Shown one piece after another: positions 1 through 12,443 of a stretch of 64,000 nucleotides of DNA. The DNA is from Euglena gracilis (lineage: Eukaryota). Position numbers and translations under genes: made by a program. The stretch covers positions 682,001 to 746,000 of the forward strand of contig CP154954.1 of the NCBI GenBank assembly GCA_039621445.1. Direction: 5' to 3'. Every line of letters begins with the position of its first letter. Position 1 is the first letter of the stretch. The notes under the pieces were generated by a model, which made no database searches, was not told where the DNA came from, and saw nothing but the letters and a program-made list of their open reading frames with translations.

Positions 1-1159
<1,159 letters not shown>

Positions 1160-1356
1160 AGCTACTCACATAGATCTAATAAATTATGAGGCATTAGCAA
1201 ACGTTTCCATCTGTTATTCCTCACCAAGCGCAGATTCTTACATATTACTCACCCGTCCGCCACTAAATTACTATTGCTAGTAATTTCGTTCAACTTGCAT
1301 GTGTTAAGCATACCGCCAGCGTTCACCCTGAGCAAGGATCAAACTCGTCATTTCCA
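1160..1356 (-). rRNA. rrs: 16S rRNA 5' fragment (truncated)
   Basis: Reverse complement of TGGAAATGACGAGTTTGATCC...GTGAGTAGCT. Confidence 0.93.
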
Positions 1357-1437
1357 AAACATCAAAGTTGGTCAAATCCTCTCACCCTCTTGGTGACCAA
1401 GCAAGGGGCACATTTACTATAATGTGCCCACTAAAAG

Positions 1438-1588
1438 CGCGCTTTGTAGGATTCGAACCTACTACATCAGGTTTTGGAGACCTACGCCTTAGGATTTTAA
1501 AGAAAAGAAATATTTGGCTAATACAAGGATTCAATCCACGACCCTACCCTTATCAAAGGTATTCTATAATAATAAAAGATAATAGTGA
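1438..1588 (-). pseudogene. Pseudo-trnI and pseudo-trnW in rRNA leader (inverted copy)
   Basis: Mirror of 21541-21691. Confidence 0.8.
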
Positions 1589-2441
1589 TCTTTGAAAAAT
1601 AAAAAATTTTCCTTTTGATTTTTTTATTTTTTAAAATTTATACGGTATTTTAATTAAAAATAAAAAAATTGTCCCAGCCACACGTTAAAGTACGGAAAAA
1701 TTTACACTAGGAATTAAGCTAAGTTATTTCTTGTGAATGAAAAGAATTCACAAGATCAGGGATAAAAGCATAACACCTAAACTGTGCGCATGAGCATTTA
1801 CGTATGAAAGTCTAGGAACCTTACCTTAATATTTTTCAATATCACAAAATATAGGGTACTCAGCAGCAATATAAGAAGTATAAAGACATTTTGGTCTCTT
1901 GTAGCATTTTATAAATATTCGTCCAAATCGACAATGAACGACACGCTTCTTACTAGCAAAAAAATTTACAACTAAAAAGCACACACATAACACAAAGAAC
2001 CAAATACAAAGTAGCAATAACTATAATGTACAACAAAATAAAACTCTTATCAGAAGATTACCTAATATTCTCACTATGATTCAACCTATCTTGTTGAATT
2101 TTGTGATTAATCTTTTATATTAGCGAAGAAACATAGTCATTTTCCAAACACTCGAGGATATTATTCATATCGTTTAAAATTTTAAAAGAAAAATATTACG
2201 AAATTCACTGATTTCTATAAACAGATTGTCTTATTTTTTCGGAAGCATCATGTTTTGGCCAAAAAAAATTCAAACTTAAAGGAAACGTGGTTTGACAAAT
2301 TCCTTGGTTTAATTATACCACAATACATTTATCCATGCAATAAAACACTAACGTAACGGCAGTCATAAAAATTACTCGAAAATCGAGTTAATATTAATAA
2401 ATAAACTCACTAAGAGACAATTAAATAAATTAAACTTCCCA

Positions 2442-2558
2442 TAAGGGCACTAAAATCTTTTCCCGGAAAGTAACCTTTCAAGTATCTATTTACCCTTTAT
2501 GTTTAACTTGCAAGTTCGAAATGTTTTAAGTGGATCCATAAAGACAAGAGCACCCTAA
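2442..2558 (-). rRNA. rrf: 5S rRNA (inverted copy)
   Basis: Mirror of 20572-20688. Confidence 0.85.
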
Positions 2559-2632
2559 AATAAAAGTTCATTCAAGAAACTTTTAAATCTTAAAAAAGTG
2601 ACAAGTAAAAATAAATGTTTTGTTTTCATATA

Positions 2633-2948
2633 GGAAAAAATTTTCGGTCGGTTAGTATATCTCGGCTAAAATTGTTACCAATTGTACACCTAATACCTAT
2701 CAAACGGTTCGTCTTACCGTGACCTATGAAGAGTACTTATCTTAAGGTGGGCTTCCTACTTATATGCTTTCAGCAGTTATCCACTCCGCACTTGACTACC
2801 CAGCGTATTCTGTTGGCACAAAAACTGGTACATCAGTGGTGCGTCCTTCCCGGTCCTCTCGTACTAAGGAAAGCGCCTTTCAATACTCTAACGCTCACAC
2901 CGGATATGGACCGAACTGTCTCTCGACGTTCTGAACCCAGCTCACGTA

Positions 2949-2983
<35 letters not shown>

Positions 2984-3000
2984 GTACTACCGCCCCAGGT

Positions 3001-3060
<60 letters not shown>

Positions 3061-3548
3061 CAGCCTGTTATCCCTAGAGTAACTTTTATCTGTTTACGAC
3101 GGCCTTTCCATACAGCACCGTCGGGTCACTAAGACCGACTTTAGTCTCTGTTTGACTTATAAGTCTCACAGTCAAGCTTTCTTATGCCTTTACACTCCAC
3201 AACTAATTTCCGTCTAGCCTGAGAAAACCTTTGTACGCCTCCGTTACTTTTTAGGAGGCTACCGCCCCAGTAAAACTGCCCGCCTGAAACTGTCAATTAT
3301 CATGATTGTACATAAGATTAAGATTAGATTTCTAGCTTTCTCAGAGTGGTATCTCATTTTTCGGCTCCCCGTATCCCAAAAGACAAGATCATAGCCTCCC
3401 ACCTATTCTGCGCAAAAAAAGCCCGAAACCAATTTCAGGATACAGTAAAGCTTCATAGGGTCTTTCTGTCCAAGTGCAAGTAGACCGCATCTTCACAGTC
3501 AATTCTATTTCACCGAGTCTCTTTCTGAGACAGTGTCCAAATCGTTAA

Positions 3549-3601
<53 letters not shown>

Positions 3602-5522
3602 AATTATAGTTATTGCCGCTGTTCACAGGGGCTTCAGTCACTAGCTTTGCTTACGCTAACCAATTTCTTTAACCTTCCTGCACTGAGCAGGCCTCGGCCC
3701 CCATACATGGTTTTTCAACTTCGCGGAGACCTGTGCTTTTGGTAAGCAGTCGCTTGGACCTCTTTTCTGCCACCTCATTAGAGGTACTTCTTCTTCCGAA
3801 GTTACGAAGTCATTTTGCCGAGTTCCTTAGAAAGAGTTATCTCGCGCTCCTTAGTATATTCTACTAACCTACCTGTGTCAGTTTACGGTACAGGCGAGCT
3901 CACTATACATAAACAAAAGTTTTTCTTGGAAACATGACATCAATCACTTTCAATACCGTAGTATTTATACTATTCAGGCCTTAAGACAAAATATTTTTTT
4001 TAATATTTGATACCTCTTGAACCCTTAAACCACAAACCATCACGTGGCCGATCTAGCCTTTTTCGTCACTCCTTACAAGTGAGCATTCGGTACAGGAATA
4101 TTAACCTGTCATCCATCAATTTACGTTGTTAAACCTTATTTTAGGACCTGACTAACCCTTAGAGGACGAACCTGGCTAAGGAAACCTTAGGTTTTCGGAG
4201 CATAGGATTTTCACCAATGTTTTCGTTACTTAAGCCGACATTCTCACTTCTGTTTAATCCAGAACTATTTTCACTATTCCTTCTCTTCAACACAGAACGC
4301 TCTTCTACCGATTTCTCTCACACCTTCGGCAAATTACTTAGTCCCGTTCATTTTCGGCGCACTATCACTTGACCAGTAAGCTATTACGCACTTTTTAAAG
4401 GAATGGCTGCTTCTAAGCCAACCTCCTGGTTGTCTATGTAATAGTACATCCTTTACCACTTAGTAATTATTTAGGGGCCTTAAGTAGTGATCTGGGCTGT
4501 TTCCCTCTTGACAATGAAGCTTATCCCCCACTGTCTCACTGATTAATTGAAATATAACTTAGTATTCAGAGTTTGCCACAACTTGGTACCATTTTCATAG
4601 CCCGCATCGAAACAGTGCTTTACCCCTAATGTTTACCATAATTAAACGCTGCGCCTCAACGCATTTCGAAGAGATCCAGCTAGCTCCAAGTTCGATTGGA
4701 ATTTCTCCCCTAATCACAGTTCATCCCCCAATTTTTCAACATTGGTGGGTTCGGTCCTCCATTCTGTTTTACCAAAACTTCAACCTGACCATGATTAGAT
4801 CACCTGGGTTCGGGTCTATAAGCAATGACATAAACTTTCAAGAAGAAAGTTTTTCGCTTTATTTAAGCTCGATTTCACTATGGCTCCGGAAAAACCTTAA
4901 CCTTGCCATCACCTATAAGTCGCCGGCTCATTCTTCAACAGGCACACAGTCAATCTTTAAATAGATCTCCTACTGCTTGTAAACTTATGCTTTCATATTC
5001 TATTTCACTCACTTCTCAGTGTTCTATTTCAGCTTTCCCTCACGGTACTCGTACACTATCGGTCATTTAGGAGTATTTAGCCTTACGAGATGGTCCTCGC
5101 TGATTCACACAGAATTCCACGTGCTCTATGCTACTCGGGAAAATCAAAAATTACTTTTTAAAAACAAATACGGGATTTAAAACCCTCTTTGATTTTGTTT
5201 TCAACAAATTCTCTATCTTTTTCAGTAATTATAATATACCCACAACACCCATAAAGGTTTAGGCTGATTTCCGTTAGCTCGCCACTAATAAGAAAATCGC
5301 TTTTGCTTTCTTTTCCTTCGGCTACTAAGATGTTTCAGTTCACCAAGTTCTCTACATTATTTGTATACCATTTCATTGTAATGTTAAAGTAATAGGTTGC
5401 CCCATTCGGGAATCTTTAGATTAAAGCTCGTCTTTAGCTCCCTAAAGCATATCGTTAATTTCTACGCCCTTCTTCGACTCTAAATGCCAAGCAATCCCGC
5501 ATAAGCCCTTGTTCATTTGAAC
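2633..5522 (-). rRNA. rrl: 23S rRNA (inverted copy; ends approximate)
   Basis: Conserved LSU motifs on the minus strand; mirror of 17608-20497. Confidence 0.95.
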
Positions 5523-5539
5523 CTACATCAAAACCTTTT

Positions 5540-5612
5540 TGGAGATAAGCGGACTCGAACCGCTGACATCTGCCTTGCAAAGGCAGCGCTCTACCAACTG
5601 AGCTATACCCCC
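5540..5612 (-). tRNA. trnA: tRNA-Ala(UGC)
   Basis: Mirror of 17518-17590. Confidence 0.95.
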
Positions 5613-5621
5613 AAAACCAAG

Positions 5622-5695
5622 AGGGCCATGCTAGACTTGAACTAGCGACCTTACCCTTATCAAGGGTATGCTCTAACCAACTGAGCTAATAGCCC
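5622..5695 (-). tRNA. trnI: tRNA-Ile(GAU)
   Basis: Mirror of 17435-17508. Confidence 0.95.
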
Positions 5696-5781
5696 TCTTG
5701 GAAAAATAAGAGGTTTCCCTACTTATTTTTTTTATTTTTCATTGTTTTCAATCTATACATTTTTTTAGTTAAAAAACTAAA

Positions 5782-5901
5782 GGGAGTTGTTCCAGCCACA
5801 CCTTCCAGTACGGCTACCTTGTTACGACTTCACCCCAGTCACCAGCCAGGCCTTAGGTATTTCCCTCTTTTCAGGCAAGATAATAACTTCGGGCACAGCC
5901 A

Positions 5902-5938
<37 letters not shown>

Positions 5939-6198
5939 AGAACGTATTCACCGCCGTATAGCTGACCGGCGATTACTAGCGATTCCGGCTTCATGTAGGC
6001 GAGTTTCAGCCTACAATCCGAACTTAGGCTAAGTTTTAAGATTAGCTCATTTTCACAAAATTGCAACTTATTGTCTTAACCATTGTAGCACGTGTGTAGC
6101 CCAGGATATAAGGGGCATGATGACTTGACGTCGTCCTCACCTTCCTCTGGTAATAACCAGCAGTATTTCTAAATGACAAGCGTTAATTAAAAAAAAGG

Positions 6199-6250
<52 letters not shown>

Positions 6251-6318
6251 CCACCTGTGTCTAGATACCCGAAGGTACTGCGTTCTTTCAAACTTCCTCC
6301 TAGATCCTGTCAAATCCT

Positions 6319-6399
<81 letters not shown>

Positions 6400-6492
6400 C
6401 TTGTGCAAGCGTACTCCCCAGGCGGGATACTTAACGTGTTAACTACAGCAGTGCACTTTCAGCACCACTTAGTATCCATAGTTTACGGCCAA

Positions 6493-6524
<32 letters not shown>

Positions 6525-7268
6525 TCAGCTTTCGTTTCTCAGCGTCAGTATTGGCCTAGAAAAGTGCCTTCGCCATTGGTGTTCTTTCCAATCTCTACGC
6601 ATTTCACCGCTACACTGGAAATTCCCTTCACCCCTACCATACTCAAGTCTAGCAGTTTTTAATGCCCTTCCAAAGTTAAGCTTTGACTTTTAACATTAAA
6701 CACACTTGACCGCCTACAAACTCTTTACGCCCAATAATTCCGGATAACGCTCGCATCTCCCGTATTACCGCGGCTGCTGGCACGGAATTAGCCGATGCTT
6801 ATTCCTCAAATACCGTCATTTCTTCTTCTTTGAGAAAAGAAGTTTACAACCCAAAGGCCTTCTTCCTTCACGCGGTATTGCTCCGTCAGGCTTGCGCCCA
6901 TTGCGGAAAATTCCTCACTGCTGCCTTCCGTAAAAGTCTGTTCCGTTCTCAATCCCAGTGTGGCTGATCATCCTCTCAAATCAGCTACTGATCGTCGCCT
7001 TGGTAAGCCTTTACCTCACCAACAAGCTAATCAGATGCAAGCTCATGCCTAGGCGAAATTCTCTTTAACTAGCTACTCACATAGATCTAGTAAATTATGA
7101 GGCATTAGCAAACGTTTCCATCTGTTATTCCTCACCCAAGCGCAGATTCTTACATATTACTCACCCGTCCGCCACTAAATTACTATTGCTAGTAATTTCG
7201 TTCAACTTGCATGTGTTAAGCATACCGCCAGCGTTCACCCTGAGCAAGGATCAAACTCGTCATTTCCA
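5782..7268 (-). rRNA. rrs: 16S rRNA (inverted copy of the operon-1 allele with the 9-nt deletion)
   Basis: Full SSU sequence on minus strand; GGGTTGCGGGACTT near 6200 lacks TTGCGCTCG. Confidence 0.95.
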
Positions 7269-7496
7269 AAACATCAAAGTTGGTCAAATCCTTTCACCCT
7301 CTTGGTGACCAAGCAAGGGGCACATTTACTATAATGTGTACACTAAAAGCGCGCTTTGTAGGATTCGAACCTACTACATCAGGTTTTGGAGACCTACGCC
7401 TTACAATTTTAACGAAAAGCAATATTTAGCTATGCTTAACACATGCAAGTTGAACGAAAGGCTTTAATCCACGACCCTACCTTTATCAAAGATATT

Positions 7497-8380
7497 CCAT
7501 AATAAGCAGTTAACGTCGTTTCTAAAGAGTTGAACATGTTTTTTATCTCATTTACATTTTGATATTCAAGGATATTTGAGTTGACAAAAATTATCGCATC
7601 ATAATGATAAGTATTGTTTAATTTCAGTAAATCCTTGGATTTCTTAACTACTAAAGGATAAAAGCCTTTAAATTGCAAATAAGATTCGAAAAAATCGATT
7701 AAATATCTATGTTCACTGCCTAAAATTAAAAATACCTTATTTTTACCCATATTTAGATGGGATTCATAAATATCCAACATCCACCTTAAGTCTTTGGGTA
7801 TTATGTATTCATTAAAATTAATTTTTTATTTCACACCTAATCTCGTACTTAAATATATGTTTCTTAATTGACGTTCAATAGCGTCGCCCTTATATACAAA
7901 TTCTGAAGGTTTTTCTTTTTCAAACAGTAACATAGCATTTTCTATGTCCCCTTTTTTCACTAATTCAATCATCCTTTCTTCCAAAGGAAGATATTGAAAA
8001 TATTTACCATATTTTTTAAGAATTGATTCCGAAGCCATGAAATTTTCTGAAGCATCCACAAAGTTAAATATTTGTTTTATTAAATAGTCGAGCAAATCTT
8101 TCTCATTGTTAACTCTGGCCTATAAATTTTAGAATCAATAGATATATCGAAAAAATTTGCCAATTTAGTATCGACTTCTTTAATAAAATACGAATGCACA
8201 TGAGGGTCCACCTGTTCTATGAAATTCTCGTACTAACGCATAATCAACTAATCCATATTTAACCTCAATAGTGAGAATACTTATCAAAATCCTGATAAGG
8301 TACTTCCTTAATATTTACTCCCTATAAGTTTTTAATAAGTCAATTTTAAATTTATTAATTTAATAAGGTAAAAAGTAGGC
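7497..8380 (-). pseudogene. Geminivirus-like Rep pseudogene (inverted copy)
   Basis: Mirror of 14750-15633 with the same frameshifts and internal stop. Confidence 0.75.
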
Positions 8381-8738
8381 AAACTCACTATACTCCATCA
8401 AAAAAAACGCCAATTATTCTACAAATTGACATTGATAAAAAAGCATATTTAAATAAGTGATAGAATAATCACATTTTCCATAACACTATATTTTAATTAA
8501 TCGATTTTTTTGACACGCTTTAAAAAAAATATTCTACTTCTACTACGTTTAAAATATGCCCATTTTAAATAATAAAAAAAAAAAGCTTTCAACTAAATTT
8601 TTGGTCCAGGTTTTTTTCATCATATTGTGCTTTATAAGAACAATATTTTTTATAAATTTTTTTTACTGTTAAATTGATTTTTGTATTATTTAAATTTTTT
8701 TCTTCTTTTTTTGTCATACTTTTCTCCCTATATAAAAA

Positions 8739-9794
8739 TCAAAAACAAGGCAATGAAGACCGAATCTGCCGTAAATCGACATTTTCACAAGCTCTTTTTC
8801 TAAAGTTTTTAACCATTATATCTAACTGTTCTTCACCATAAATTTCTTTGTTCACTAAAGTATATAATTCAAATTTATCAATTTTTTTATTTTTTGCTTT
8901 TTCTAGAAAAAAAATAAGAAGCATTTCTACAAAAATTCAGTTAAAATCCCAGTTTTTATAATTATCGTTTTTTAAAGAATTATGTTTATAAAACTTAGAA
9001 GCTTGCTTAAATAAAAAAATATTAGAAATATTAGAATTTGAGATACTATTTTCTAATACTGCGACTTCAGATATATACTTCAACAACATAGAACGAAGTT
9101 TTATTGCATCGTTTTTACTCGTTAAAAAAAACAAATTTTTGTACTCTATTATATATTTTTCAATGATGTTTAAAAATTGATCATTAGCTTTCAAAACATT
9201 AAAATGATCGTGTAAAAAATTATTAGAATCATTTATTTCTAATTCCTTTTTCTCTTCTGTTATTTTTTCTTTCACTTTTAAATAATTTTCTGAGGAATTG
9301 GAAATCAATTTAGAAAAAAACGAAGGAAAACAATGATCTTTTCGCGCACGACTTAATAAATTATTTTTAATAACAAAATCAAAACTTAAAGAATTTTTTA
9401 AACCATTTTCAAACCTTGGAACACCTGACCAACAAACTTCAATGTTTTTATTCCCTGTTTTAGAAAAAAAATTATCAAGTGAAGTTTTACTACTCGATCC
9501 CTTTTCTACAATAACAGAATTTTTTTCAAAAGAAAATAATTTTTTAAGACCATGCCTTCGGTAATTTTTATTAAATTCTATATAGACCTCTATAGTCACT
9601 TCACAAAAGTTGTTTAAATTATTTTCAGACAAATCAAAACCATAAATAATAAAAGAAATAGAGTTATAATTAATTAACTCTTTCCACTTTTTGATGAATA
9701 ATAAGTTAAAATCCTCAAAACTACCGAACCCTGTTTTAATAAAAACATGCCAGTTTTTTCCTGGAACCATTGAATACATAATAAAATCTCCCAT
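8739..9794 (-). pseudogene. Inverted copy of the 351-aa ORF, split by TGG>TGA
   Basis: 285-aa and 61-aa ORFs in the same frame match the translation of 13336-14391. Confidence 0.85.
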
Positions 9795-10824
9795 AAATAA
9801 AAAAATAAATCATTTTTTGAAAACCTCAAACTTCCATATCTCCATTATGCAAAAAAAAAAAAAAATGAAAAAAAAAATTTGCAAACCTTCAATTCGAACT
9901 TGCGACCCACTACGATGAAGTAACATAATCACAACGTTACCAATTAAGGATTTTTTTTCTATAATAATAATTTTTTTAAAAAAAAATGAGTGTGAAAAAT
10001 ATAAAAATCTTAATTGAAAAAAAAAATAATAACAAATAACAACTTTTTAAAAAATATAAAAAAATAGATCATTAAAATATATCTTAACTACAATTTCGTT
10101 GTAGGTTAAATTTTAAAAAATCCCGAAGTAAATTGCAAGAACTCTGGAATCAAGGAAAAATATATAAGCAAAAAAAATAACACAGTTTTGCTTAAAGAAA
10201 AAAATAAATTTTCTGAATAAATACATCCTAAAAATCATAAATAAAATGTAAGAAATTGCTTTTTTTGATGAATAATAAGTTAAAATCCTCAAAACTACCG
10301 AATCCTGTCTTAATAAAAACATGCCAATTTTTACCCGGCACTATTGAATGCATAAAAATCTCCCATAAATAAAATCACCGAATTTTAGAACAACCCCCCC
10401 CTATTTGCAAAAAAAAAAAAAAAAATGAAAAAAAAAATTGCAAAACCCAAATTCGAGCTGTCGTACTAATTACGATACTGAAATGTAGTTACCACATAGT
10501 CTACAAAGCATTTTTTTTTTTCTAAAAAAATAATAAAAAAAATTGACCTATTTTTATATAAAAAACCATGTGTTAAGGAAATAATATTACGTATAAAAAA
10601 CGTAGTGACTACTAATAATTATGTATCAAGTTATTTAATACATAAAAAATTTAATATATTGATATTTTTCTTTGAAATCGAAAATAGTATGTATTGACAT
10701 CAGAGGTAATTTTTTTACTCCTCCGTTTTTTGCATTTCTATAATAGTATTATCTGTGTATAAGTTACGCGGTAACTCAACTCCTTTTTCCTCAAGAAATT
10801 TTTCAATAAACTCATAAAATTGCT

Positions 10825-11167
10825 ATTGTGATGAAAAGGATCGTGCAACCTGGTTTCTATTTAAGTATGTGTGTAGCTAATGCATATGAACTTCCTGCAA
10901 TCGTATACCACAATCATCCGGTTAGCAATGATATGTTACAATTTAATCCGACTTTGCAAACAGGATTTGTCTACCCATACGGGCCAGTCAATGTCAGCAC
11001 CGGTCAAATACCTGGGGGGGAATTTAGGCCGAACGTATGTTCATAAAAAAAAAATGTTTACTTCAAAAGATCTAGCAGTTTCATACAACTGTAATGTGGA
11101 GGATGGATTTGTTGAGGTTATAGAAATCCAATTTAATTATTATAAGGATGCATTCCCCCCCGAGTAA
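10825..11167 (+). other. Single-copy, relatively GC-rich coding-like fragment (5'-truncated; possible frameshift at the G7 run)
   Basis: Two overlapping ORFs (10828-11046, 10880-11167) join at CTGGGGGGG into one protein-like sequence ending IQFNYYKDAFPPE*. Confidence 0.45.
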
Positions 11168-11176
11168 TATTCCTTT

Positions 11177-12087
11177 CTATTTTCGATTTCAAAGAAAAAT
11201 ATCAATATATTAAATTTTTTATGTATTAAATAACTTGATACATAATTATTAGTAGTCACTACGTTTTTTATACGTAATATTATTTCTTTAACACATGGTT
11301 TTTTATATAAAAATAGGTCAATTTTTTTATTATTTTTTTAGAAAAAAAAAAATGCTTTGTAGACTATGTGGTAACTACATTTCAGTATCGTAATTAGTAC
11401 GACAGCTCGAATTTGGGTTTTGCAATTTTTTTTTTTCATTTTTTTTTTTTTTTTGCAAATAGGGGGGGTTGTTCTAAAATTCGGTGATTTTATTTATGGG
11501 AGATTTTTATGCATTCAATAGTGCCGGGTAAAAATTGGCATGTTTTTATTAAGACAGGATTCGGTAGTTTTGAGGATTTTAACTTATTATTCATCAAAAA
11601 AAGCAATTTCTTACATTTTATTTATGATTTTTAGGATGTATTTATTCAGAAAATTTATTTTTTTCTTTAAGCAAAACTGTGTTATTTTTTTTGCTTATAT
11701 ATTTTTCCTTGATTCCAGAGTTCTTGCAATTTACTTCGGGATTTTTTAAAATTTAACCTACAACGAAATTGTAGTTAAGATATATTTTAATGATCTATTT
11801 TTTTATATTTTTTAAAAAGTTGTTATTTGTTATTATTTTTTTTTTCAATTAAGATTTTTATATTTTTCACACTCATTTTTTTTAAAAAAAATTATTATTA
11901 TAGAAAAAAAAAATCCTTAATTGGTAACGTTGTGATTATGTTACTTCATCGTAGTGGGTCGCAAGTTCGAATTGAAGGTTTGCAATTTTTTTTTTCATTT
12001 TTTTTTTTTTTTGCATAATGGAGATATGGGAGTTTGAGGTTTTCAAAAAATGATTTATTTTTTTATTTATGGGAGATTTTATTATGT
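11177..12087 (+). repeat. Direct repeat copy 1 (~910 bp; period ~1267 bp)
   Basis: Near-identical to 12444-13354 from CTATTTTCGATTTC to ATGGGAGATTTTATTATGT. Confidence 0.95.
11509..11749 (+). pseudogene. Truncated paralog of the 351-aa ORF N-terminus
   Basis: MHSIVPGKNWHVFIKTGFGSFEDFNLLFIKK...* (11509-11634), plus FFFKQNCVI in a shifted frame matching FSFEKNSVI. Confidence 0.9.
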
Positions 12088-12416
12088 TTTATTTTATGTG
12101 CTCAATGGTTCCCGAAAGGGATTATCAAAAATTAATGGAAGATAAAAAGGAATTAGAAAGAAATGATTATCCTATTTTTAATGAAAAAAAACCTAATGAT
12201 CAACTTTTTAGTTGGGAAGATGTTGTTCTGAGAAACGAAATTGCTGAAAAACGTCGCAGAAAACAGTATGGCGAATCATATGAATATGATTCTAAGCAAA
12301 GAGAAAAGCAATTTTATGAGTTTATTGAAAAATTTCTTGAGGAAAAAGGAGTTGAGTTACCGCGTAACTTATACACAGATAATACTATTATAGAAATGCA
12401 AAAAACGGAGGAGTAA
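12069..12416 (+). CDS. 115-aa ORF, internally deleted paralog of the 351-aa ORF
   Basis: Shares MGDFIM...SMVP, then KLMEDKKELERND...PNDQ matching KITEEKKELEIND...ANDQ. Confidence 0.65.
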   Translation: MGDFIMFYFMCSMVPERDYQKLMEDKKELERNDYPIFNEKKPNDQLFSWEDVVLRNEIAEKRRRKQYGESYEYDSKQREKQFYEFIEKFLEEKGVELPRNLYTDNTIIEMQKTEE

Positions 12417-12443
12417 AAAAATTACCTCTGATGTCAATACATA

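Larger units (their letters stand above)
1160..10824 (-). repeat. Left arm of palindrome 1 (inverted copy of 12307-21970)
   Basis: Paired ORFs and RNA genes have coordinate sums of ~23130 (e.g. 8095+15035, 9794+13336). Confidence 0.97.

Noticed and set aside
2726-6442. ORFs of 63-118 aa overlapping rDNA (repeated at 16688-32246)
   Set aside because: Shadow ORFs inside 16S and 23S rRNA genes.
11540-11749. 69-aa ORF present three times
   Set aside because: Its N-terminal half is an off-frame reading of the truncated paralog; identity among copies reflects DNA duplication.
11945-11985. GGGTCGCAAGTTCGAAT as a tRNA T-arm
   Set aside because: No acceptor stem or anticodon arm could be built.
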